Positions 50,392 through 60,402 of a stretch of 64,000 nt of DNA are shown here, one piece after another. The DNA is from Carcharhinus amblyrhynchos (taxonomy: Eukaryota): assembly GCA_965287045.1 (NCBI GenBank), contig OZ336889.1, positions 7,812,001-7,876,000 on the forward strand. The letters are read 5' to 3'. The notes under the pieces were generated by a model. It was not told the DNA's origin. It searched no databases and was given only the letters and a program-made list of their open reading frames with translations. The stretch's first letter is position 1. The number at the start of each line of letters is the position of its first letter. Position numbers and translations under genes: made by a program.

Positions 50392-51703
50392 GTGAACTAA
50401 ATTATGTTTAAAATTGAACTAGAAATTTCAAGATGTTAACATCCGAATTGCACATGTGAACTTGAATATCCTTTCGTCTTTTTGGTGTTCACTTGAGTTA
50501 TGTGCCCAACAGACAGCAATTGGAGAACTAAGATTTTATTTTCTAACAATTCCAAAATAAGGTGTGAAACTTGTATATATTTTCCTGACCGTAAGTAATC
50601 AATCCTCCTCACCAGAAATTGGAGGCATGAACTCTCATTCCACTGCTCCGGTATTTTTTGCTATTTCTCAATGGGTGAATGCATTGAAAACTAAAACTGG
50701 GAATATTTCTTATCATTTCACAATTTACTATTGCAAGAAAATCAGATTTGACTATCTTACAGAATGATCTACAACAAGAAATGCTTGCAGTTCTTAGCAT
50801 GAATAGAAATTGTACCCTCCAACAAACTTAGATTTGTAATCTCTCAAAACAGCTGCTTTAATAAGTCATTTGACATACCCAAAATATTATTGTGCATTTA
50901 AAGAAACTGACTTTTTATGTTTCCATGTACCTATGCTGCTTAAAAATCTGGCCTGATGCTCTCCGTTCTGCTGCTGAGTGATTGCATGCAACTGTGCTTA
51001 AACGTTCAAGAAATATCACTTCTAAATTTGCTGAAGTATTCTAAGTAAATTTGTATCAAGCATTACAGGGTGTTACTTTTTACCATCCTACCATATATTT
51101 TGGGTCAAATTAAAACTTGTATATTGCTTCATGGATTGTTGGTGTTGCTGGCAAGGCCTTCAACCACTGTAGTCCAAGTAGTGGGGGTAGTGCAGGTCCT
51201 GCATTATCAGGAGTTTCCAGCAATAATGAGCAAACATTGATATATTTCCAAGTCAGAATGATGTGTGACTTGGAGGGAACTTGTGCAAGTGATGGGTTTC
51301 CCATTCACCCGATGGTCTTGTCCTTCTAGGTGGCAGGTACAGTGATTTTGGAAGTAACTATGTCAGAAGCCTTGGTGAATTGTAGCACTGTACCTTTTGG
51401 CTCAGGGGGTGGGGCCACGGTGGGTGACCTCCCCGTGCTTGTATCCAAGAGTAAGAGAATGGCAATCAAATGTATGCTCAAGATCCAAGCTCTTCCCCCT
51501 TAGTGGATCAGTCAACCTTCAATGCTTTGGCCTGACTGGTGCAAAGTTTTGTCAAGCTGATCTGGCAAGTTTCTGATCAATATTTCCCTCCAGGATGTTT
51601 ACGGTGGGGGAATTCAGTAATGTCATTGAATATCATGAAGAGGTGGTTCGACACTCTTGTGGAGAGTATTGTGGAGCCATTGCTTGGCACACATATGGTG
51701 TGA

Positions 51704-51993
51704 TTTTTATTCCAATTCAGTCCAATCAAGTCCATTTCAGAGTCTCAACAAATTGAGACATTCCTGATCCAAGCTGACAAGACAGGGCTCTCACCTCCTG
51801 CCTTGGGCTTGATCTACATGATCCAAACTGATTGGAATAGGTGTAGCTCCTCCTCTAAGGTTTGATCTCATTTGCATCTTAGCCAAAAGGCTGAGATGCC
51901 ACTTTTAAAAATGGCTTCAAATGAAGCTGAAATGTAACCTACTGACTTCAGCCAAGCGCAGCATGTCAACACTACACTTGATCTTAGCCAAAG
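51704..51993 (-). mobile_element. U2 snRNA-headed short retroposon (SINE-like) with 18-bp TSD
   Basis: The 5' end matches U2 nt 12-37 at 51971-51996 (25/26; the first 3 nt overlap the TSD). A second U2 copy matches nt 4-27 at 51876-51899 (22/24). The 3' end is A-rich. Flanks are ggcacac(a/g)tatggtgtga at 51686-51703 and 51994-52011. Confidence 0.8.
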
Positions 51994-52683
51994 GGCACAC
52001 GTATGGTGTGAATGTTACTTGGTGAATAAAATTGGTTTTTTAGTGTTGCAGCAATGACTCTTGATTAAGGTCCCTGTTTCAAAGGTTTCCTATTAAACAA
52101 GTGGTGTCCTTTCTGCATTGCGTTTTTACCATCTTTTTGGCTCATTTTTCCTCTGTCCATATTTTGTTGTGTAGGTGGTTTCCTTAAAAAAGGAGTATTA
52201 TCTTGCTGTGAAAAATGCATGTGTAGATGCATGATATTAAAAGCAAATTTTTACATGTTGCTGCTAGACATCCATCAGTGTACTTCATGTTAGAAATGGC
52301 TTTGCATAGTTTGTATTTTCTAGAATCCTAAAACTTACGAGTCACTCCCCATTGGTTTTATTGGTGCCATTTTATTATGGGCAGTTCAGGAGGTGCTTCA
52401 ACGAAAATATATTCTCTTTGCTTCTGAATACAGGTTTCGGTGCCTTATCACTGTCAGCTGCAAGAGTGTAATCTTCTAAAGTTTAGGGGAGTGCATGAGA
52501 CTTTTAGCTGGAGATTATGATAATGACCAAACTGTTAAATGTGTGGAGAAACTCTTTTGTGTTGAACAAAGGCAATTACTATTTCATTTAAACTTCTCAT
52601 TGTCACACATTGAATTTGTCTAAAGATGCATTGTTCTTGCTTTTTTTTAATGTAACCATATTGGTTTGAATTCAACATTGTAG

Positions 52684-52795
52684 CCAGTCAGTAAGGGAGA
52701 TGAAGGCTGCAGCTCATGTCTTGCAGACAGTATGGAGTTACAAGGAGCTGCGAAATGCTTTGCATAAAGATGGCTGGAATAAGTCCCATTTCCAG
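52684..52795 (+). CDS. ARVCF: ARVCF coding exon (112 bp), last armadillo repeat
   Basis: Acceptor cattgtag|, donor |gtaaga. Translates (S)QSVREMKAAAHVLQTVWSYKELRNALHKDGWNKSHFQ. Confidence 0.95.
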
Positions 52796-53727
52796 GTAAG
52801 AGTCACTTTTGGGGAAGATAGTAAATATGAAATCTTTGGTCAATCTTTTTTGTTTGTTGCTTTGGATCAATTGCAGTGCTTACTAGCACTGGGCAGCAGT
52901 TGACATAGAAAAGATTATAATTGCCAGGGATCGATGAATCACTGCAGAATCAATTGAAACCCACAGAATTCCTACCTCACTTGCTGTGCTTTTATCAGCA
53001 TTAGTCTAGAGTTAACACTGAATATCTTTATTTATTCACAAGCAGTGATCAGTGCAAACAATTCAATATTCACATGATTGTTATTAGTTAATAAAATTCT
53101 CAATGCAGCACTAATAATTGAAGGGCTTAGGCTGCATGTTGATCAACGGGAAAGCCCAAAAGATACAGGAAAATTTCTTAACTTACAAATTTCCAAGGTA
53201 CTTTGCTTTGGAAAAGTGACGGTATTTACTAGTGCCAATGAGAAGCAGAGATTCAGGAAACACTATGATGTAATCTGAAAACTTTCTGACCATTTCAGAA
53301 GTCTGTGATTCTTACTAGATAAACACTGCATGCAGCTTAAGAGATGCAGACTCAAAATCTTTAATTCTCATGTTGGTCTCAGTCAGGTTTGAGGTATGAC
53401 AATAATTGGTGCCATTACCTTGTATTTTGGTGGGGATGAGCAGACTGTGCTTCCTGTTGATTGTCACAAATAGATGATCCCCGCTGAAAAGTGTTTGATT
53501 AAAGCAGAATTGAACATGGCTGCAATATTCTGCCGTCAAATCAGCTGTTGATGCCCATTGTTTAGACTTGCACAGAAGCTTGATGCTTGGGTAAGAAATT
53601 TGAGATTGCTTAGCACTTTCAAAACCATATCCATAAAATAATCTCTTCAGGGATAGAGAGAAAGAGTAAACAAAACTTGCATGTACTAGAACTGACTTTC
53701 TTACTACTTTTTTTAAACAATATGTAG

Positions 53728-53827
53728 CTGAATGTAACTACGCTTCCCAAAGGATCTAAAAATAGTGGCAAAGCAACTGGCTATGATGACAGCACTCTGC
53801 CGTTAATTGAACGGAACCAGAAAGATG
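53728..53827 (+). CDS. ARVCF: ARVCF coding exon (100 bp), C-terminal tail
   Basis: Acceptor aatatgtag|, donor |gtgagt. Translates LNVTTLPKGSKNSGKATGYDDSTLPLIERNQKD(G), which includes the p120-family DDSTLPL motif. Confidence 0.9.
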
Positions 53828-54771
53828 GTGAGTGTTGATCACTTAAATCACGTTCTTTTCCATCTTCAATTTGTTTGCTGCTTTTGCAGCCCACCTGCAG
53901 CACTGACATTTATGGTCTTGGGTTTTGAAAGTCGTTATGCGTTAATGATATACGTAATTTAAAACGTTATTTTTTTAAAAATTACCTTTAATGTTTTATT
54001 TAAAGATAAGTTAGTTATTGGTTCCATTTTTCTTGGCAAGTGGCATTGTCTTTCTATGCCTGTTTCAAAGCCACACCAGTGGGCATTGCAGGCACTTGTG
54101 AGCATCTGTGCTTAGAAAGAAAGCAGGGCTGCAGCAGTGCAACATTCTTGGGTCAGGAGCCTGTGGTGAAATACTTGGCTTTACATGGAGTGGATCGTGG
54201 AATGGGTGAAGGTCAGGAGAGATTTGAAGTTGTCGGGGGATTGGAAGTTCACATGAGAGACTATTGGTGAGGATCTGGCCATATCTTTCTGGATGACTTA
54301 GCCAACATTGGAGACAAGATGCAGGGCTAGGGTGAATAATGTGAGGTAAAAACAAGAAATCTTGGAATATGATGAGATGCACGGGGAGGAAGCTGAATAT
54401 CTGCAGTGCTTGAGATGATGAAAAGAACTGTCAGAGTCATTCTTGTCTGCAAATTGTGGAAAGACACTGATCAGTGTGAAATATCCCACAGGCTGAATGC
54501 AATTTACAGATTGGAGGAAACAGTGGAGGTGTTTTTCTTTTAATGGAAAGAGAGCTTTCAAGTGCTTTGCTTTTTCCCTGTATTACCTATACAGTTATCT
54601 GACTGGCAAATATGTATGAAAGATTAGAATTTGAGCTATTGTATGCTGAGAAATTCAAAATATGTCCTGAAATACCTTAAGGGTTTGGCATTAAATTCTG
54701 GAAACTTATTGATTTCAAGAAGCATTTCAGCTTTTTCATTCTATGAACCTCATGGTCAATTCTATTTTTAG

Positions 54772-54819
54772 GTAACAAATGGTCTGGTGAAATGATACCC
54801 ATGGAGCAGTTTGGTCCAG
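54772..54819 (+). CDS. ARVCF: ARVCF coding exon (48 bp), C-terminal tail
   Basis: Acceptor tctatttttag|, donor |gtaaat, phase 1 to phase 1. Translates (G)NKWSGEMIPMEQFGP(D), similar to ARVCF DVIPMDALGPD. Confidence 0.85.
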
Positions 54820-55854
54820 GTAAATATGGCCTTGAATTCCTTTTGCTGCTAAACGCATGTTCAGTACTTTAACCAGTAGCAAATTAACAACTGGCTTGCA
54901 GTACTTCCATTTAAAAGGCATGTTTTTTATTGACTCAAGAAGAACCAATTATACATGCACAGCTTTGTTTGAAAAAAGAGTAGGATCATAAACTACTCAA
55001 ATTTTATTTTGGTCTTTGCTTGGGTTTCCAATTCCCTGGTTAGAACTTTGTGACTTTTTAGGGTGTGGCGATGGGTTTTGTTTCAAGCTGTGTTGCAGTA
55101 CTTGAAATAGCCACAGAAATGTTTTGTGATTCAACTGCAGCCCCTACTTGCAGAAATCTGGTACTGCACTCAAAAATTCCAAGAAATAAGCAATACTGCA
55201 GATACTAAAAATCAAAAATAGAATAGGTCAGATAGAATTTGTGGGGAGAAATACAGTTGAGCTTTCAGATCCATGACCTTTCATCAGCAATGGCAAGTTC
55301 TCTGCAAAACTCATTCTATTTAAACAGCGTACTTTATAATTGAAGCTCTGTGTAACCAATATATAACCTCAGTTGCAAAGAAATAATTTGATCCCTGTTT
55401 GATTTTGATAGATGCACTTTATAATGTGTTCACATCTCCTGTTTTTACTGGTCCATACATAATACATTTTTTAGGAATGGGCGGCATTCTACTGATCCAG
55501 GATGTTTTTTCTAAAATATGAACATTTTTTACACTTAAGTTTTAAGTTCATAACATTTACAAACACTTCCTCTTTTTTTCTCTCCTTTCTCCCTGCACCG
55601 CCCCCCACCCCCCGCCTTCCCAGACTTAAGTAACCAAATTTGTCCAAAATCTGCTTCTACGCTAACTTAGCACCGAGTCTTTATGTTGTAGGTTGAGCTT
55701 TGACTGCATGTGAATTATTTTTCTGGTTTCCTCATTTTTTCTGAAATTGCACTGTTGTGTGTAATATAAACCCTATACCTCAATGAATTATTCATGGCAA
55801 TAGAGCACTTGAGTTGAATACATTTGTATTTGAAATATATATTTGTCACCACAG

Positions 55855-55946
55855 ATACTTATTCTACCTTGGATCAGAGGGAGAAAGAGCGCAAGTGTAA
55901 GACTACGGATGTTTCTGGGGATGCTTTTGAGCGGCAACCTCTGCGG
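55855..55946 (+). CDS. ARVCF: ARVCF coding exon (92 bp), C-terminal tail
   Basis: Acceptor tttgtcaccacag|, donor |gtaggc. Translates (D)TYSTLDQREKERKCKTTDVSGDAFERQPLR, similar to ARVCF DGYSTVDRRERR...EKEPLK. Confidence 0.88.
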
Positions 55947-56092
55947 GTAGGCTACATTGCAGTCACTATTACTTCGTACAAAATAGACATAAAACACCAC
56001 CAGTTAGATGAGGCAGACCTTATCTAACACGTGAATCCAGATATGGATAGAACTGTTGAAATACAAGCCTCAGTTAGCTGTTATCCTCTCTC

Positions 56093-56178
56093 GTGTGTGC
56101 GCGCACAAACTCTCTCTCTCTCTCTCTCTCCCCCTCGCGCGCGCATACACACACACACACACACACACACACTCTCTC
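56093..56178. repeat. Compound microsatellite (GT/GC, CT, CA)
   Basis: gtgtgtgcgcgcac, (CT)n at about 56110-56130, cgcgcgcgc, and (CA)n at about 56147-56172. Confidence 0.9.
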
Positions 56179-57600
56179 TTCACAATTGCTTGGCAGTTGC
56201 TGCTATAGACAGCTATTTCGGAAAAAAGTAATGACTTCCTTGCTTATTGCCCTAACTGATAAACTGATGATTTCTGATTAAAATGCTTCATGTGCTTTCT
56301 TAACCGCTTAGAAAATTCTTATCTTGGAATTGCTCTTGTCATGTTTGATTTGTCAGCTATATGCATGAATGTTTAATGCTACCCTCCACTGCAAGGGTTC
56401 TTCAGCGAGTATGTAAATTTTGCATGAAATGTTGTTGAATTTTTCCAGAAATGTTAAGGCCATAAAAAAAAACTTGTCCTTTTAAGTTTTTTTTGAAAGC
56501 ATTGCTGAATTTTATCAAGTTACCCTTTGAGAACTGAGCTGCATACTGTGGTCAGTTGAAAGACATTTATTTGGCTGTCTGATCTTGCTGCACTGCATTG
56601 TCATCCCAGATTTAGAAGTTAAAATGGCAGATTCAGCTTCCCGAGGCTGGAGAAAACATGCTGATACAGCTTTTCATGACTTTACTGAAGTGAAAACACC
56701 ATTAGTAAGGAGAGTACCACAGGGCGGCATAATTTTGAGGCGTGAAAAACATACTTTTGTAACTAGAACAATGGTTGCATTTTCTATTAAAGGGAAATTG
56801 AGAAGAAACCAATTTATGATTCCAGTGAATAAACCTAATGTGCATTTTTTTCAACTGTGGATTGTGTTTTTGTTGCACGATCTGAATCGAGCATGATGAC
56901 ATAAATTACACTTCCAAATTAATGTAACTGATCTAATTTCAATTAGACCTGACTTTTTAGGTGGAACATTTTATAAAGCCATTGTGCACAAAATTTAGGT
57001 TTCAAATCCAAATTGTTTTTGAATTTTATATTACCCTGACCTATTTTTGGTTTTCCAAAGAATAAATGGAATCATAATGTGAGGAGAGGAAAATATATTA
57101 GGATATACATTTCTAAGAAGAATGTGCAGTTAAATCCTCAGATGTTTTATGGTGAAGTGGAGCAAATATTCCCATTACTTACCATTTTATATCTTTGTAT
57201 GCTTTCAAACTAAACCGCTAAAGATTTACTTCACTTTAATTTATATTCTAATTCGTGAATTAATGAGTGCAGTTGCATTTCCTGTTCAACCGATCTCCTT
57301 ATGTCAGACTGTTGAAACTTGACAAGATTTTCTAAATTCTATCACGTGCTGGTCAGATTGTCAATAGCCTTCACTTCCAGGTGTCCAGCTTCGCAAGTGA
57401 ATTTGGGTCAAAATGAATTTTCACTGCTCACAAATTCCACACTGCAAGTTTTCTTTAAAAACTTAAGATTATATTTTTGTGGCCTTGAGCTTTGAGCTGT
57501 CAATTATACTTAATTGCTTTTATGTTAAACTAACTTGCCTTTATCTGTTCCTGTTTTAAGACCAGCTCTCTTGCTATTAACCCTTTCCCTGTTGCCACAG

Positions 57601-57702
57601 AATGATACAAATAAGAGAAACATTAACAGGATTAGTAGGGCCTCAGTGAACCTTGTGGATGCTCATGACACTAAACCTCAGCCTGTTGACTCCTGGGTCT
57701 AA
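57601..57702 (+). CDS. ARVCF: ARVCF last coding exon with PDZ-binding motif DSWV and stop codon
   Basis: Acceptor ccctttccctgttgccacag|. Translates NDTNKRNINRISRASVNLVDAHDTKPQPVDSWV*. KPQPVDSWV is the ARVCF C-terminus. TAA at 57700-57702. Confidence 0.93.
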   Translation, partial: NDTNKRNINRISRASVNLVDAHDTKPQPVDSWV

Positions 57703-58064
57703 GTGCTTGCATGGTAGGTGTCTTTGAGTTCCAATCACCTAATTAATAATCTAGTCTCATGACAACATCAATCATATTGAAGTAAAGTTGTTAACCATGC
57801 AACCTTTGGTTTTGAAGCGTCATTCATTAGTGTTTGAACAGTTGCTTCCTATCATTGCTATTGCATTCAGAATTTAAAGGGTGTTTACTCAAACTGGAGG
57901 ATCTTTCATTAGTCTTATTCAAAAAGGCAATTTTAAAATCCCACATTTCTAATCTAATTACGATAAAATCTACTTTTTTTAAACTGCATCTTTTTCTCCC
58001 ATGAGATGACCCATCTATTTATTGTAGTAATGTGTGTCTGGAGTCTATTATAGATCTGTATTGT

Positions 58065-59840
58065 TTAAACAGTAATCCTGTCCAACATCCAACTGGAGCA
58101 TGCTTGGAGCAAGCTGTTGACAATCTATGCAAATGATTTAAGTGTGGGGACCAAATATAATGTTTCTAAATTTTCTGATAACACAAAACTTGGGAATGAG
58201 AGTTGAGGGGACATGCAAGAAGGCTACAAGGGAATTTGGGCAGGTAGGTGAATGTGCAAGAACACGGCAGATGGATTGTAATGTGAATACATTTGAAGTT
58301 CTCCACTTCAGTAGAAAAAACCAGAATGGATATTACTTAAATGCTGTGGGTTTGGGAAATGTGAATGTCCAAAACAACCTGGGTGCCCTTGTTCATGAGT
58401 CGCAAAGTGTTAAGAACACTTTGATCAAGTGTGAGGAGATCCCAAAACCCAGAAGGATAACTTGGAACTCTTGTTCTTAGTAATGTATATTTTCCATTTA
58501 GTATAATGTGAGAAAAGAAGATGCACACCAGTGAAAAACAGTCCACCCTTGTAATCAATGAGTAAAGAATATTTGGGAAAAAAACACAGCAAAGACTATA
58601 ATACACTTACAATGCTACACTCAACTACAATAATGGATATACACACACAGCACGAAGTTGCTCCTTGTTCCCAACTGCCTGAACTCAGAAGTGCCCCTTT
58701 TCCCACGCACCATCGAATATTACATAATTCTCTGAGCTAAATCATTACCACTCTCAGGTTATTACCTAGCCTGGAAATATCACCTTGAATTTTTTTAAAA
58801 AGCAGGTTTTAGCGGCAACTTATATTAGGCAGTGCCTAATTTGCTCAGTTGGGTGTGTCTACAATGGTAGCTGCTTCTTTCCTGCTGTATTCAGCTATCC
58901 TCCCATGGTTGTACTGTTCTTTCCCCTTGATGTTAACCCCTCATATCAGGCCTTTGGTGTACAATTGCAAGTTATATTCTTCTCTCTCCACTTTGAACTC
59001 TTCCATAATTCCAACACTTGTTTCTAGATGCTATTGTTTTCCCCTAGTCATTTGGGTAAACAATTGATTTCCTATTGCTACACTAATTCACATTTCAGAA
59101 GCACCTTAAGACAGTTGCAGCTGTCAGTTCCCCCTTTTATCCAGTTTGTTTACTTTATTCTGATTTCATTTTTAATATTTGATTTTTGCTCAATTCTTTC
59201 ACCTTCCTCTGAACTCCAGTATCTTAACAAAAGCTCACATGCAGGTGCACCAAGCAAATAGGAAGGCGAATGGCACGTTGGCCTTCATCACAAAGAGATT
59301 TCAGTACAGGAGTAAAGATGTCTTGCTGCAGTTGTACAAAGCCTTGGTGGGACCACGTCTGGAGCATTTTGTTCTCCTCATCTAAAGGTGTACTTGCCGT
59401 AGAGGAACTGCAGCGGAGATTCACTAGGCTAATGCCTGAAATGGCAAGATCATCTTGAGGAAACTGGGTCTGTATCCTCTCAAGTTTAGAAGAATGAGAG
59501 ATGGTCTCATTAAATCTGTCAGGGTCACTCTGGATCGAATGTTCCCCTGGCTGGTAAGTCTAGTCAGGGGACGGGCCATTTAGGATTGTGAGGAAGTATT
59601 TCTTGACAGAGGGTGGTGAATCTTTGAAATTCTTTGCTCCAGAGGGCTGTGAAAACACTATCATTGAGCAACTTCAAGGCAGAAATTTATAGATTTCTGA
59701 ATATTAATGACATCAAGGGACTGGGAAAATGGGGGGGAAATGGCTTAAGAGGTAGAAGATGATCAATCATCTCTTTGAATGGTCCAGCTGGCTTGATGGG
59801 TCAAATAGCTTATTCCTATTTTCTATGTTCTGATGTTCCT
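58065..59840 (+). mobile_element. Old CR1 LINE split by a solo LTR
   Basis: QMDCNVNTFEVLHF...LGALVHESQ stops at 58407 and resumes at 59230 with KAHMQVHQANRKANGTLAFI...LYKALVGPRLEH; 3' tail near 59830. Confidence 0.8.
58408..59229. mobile_element. Probable solo LTR (822 bp)
   Basis: Ends are TGTTAAGA...TCTTAACA (8-bp terminal inverted repeat, TG..CA). 4-bp TSD AAAG at 58404-58407 and 59230-59233. Removing it restores the CR1 sequence. Confidence 0.8.
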
Positions 59841-60402
59841 GAGAGTAGTGACAGTAGTGATAAGAAGCGGAGTTATAGTATCTCATCCAAAGTTCCTCCT
59901 TCAATAAATGCTACCAAGGAAAATAGACTAGTCATTTGTGTAACCGCTTGTGAGACATGCCTGACACAGAACGGCATCTGATATTTAAATTAAGTTAATT
60001 CCTTATGCCAGGTGCATCAAGCCATTTTGACATGATAAATTACAGTATAATACAAGAAGTATAGAGGGATTCAGGTCAACATGCTGTAACTGAATGATGG
60101 AACAGACTCGCGGTGTCAAATGGTCTGCACCTGTGCCGCAGCAGTAGAATTTTTCATTACCTTTTTTAAATTGCACTTTGGGCCTATTTTGGGTCAAAAT
60201 CTCTGCTTAAGGCAAATAATCTACCCATCTCAAATTGCAGCCTTGGGCTGCAAACATTATTGGCTTCACTTCGGCAGACAGAGCTTGTGAAAGCGGACTG
60301 ATTGAATTTTAGACAATTTTATTTGTTTTATTTTCTTTAGCTCCTAAAACAATGATGACCTTGGAAATTCTTTGTAATGTAAAGCAGTTTATGTACAGAT
60401 TA

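Noticed and set aside
51876-51996. Functional U2 snRNA gene
   Set aside because: Only the first ~37 nt are represented (twice). The Sm site and 3' stem-loops are missing and the segment is flanked by a TSD.
56585-56896. Independent 103-aa gene
   Set aside because: No recognisable domain, and it starts at a non-ATG codon. Only the splice-bounded part 56610-56704 is kept as a candidate exon.
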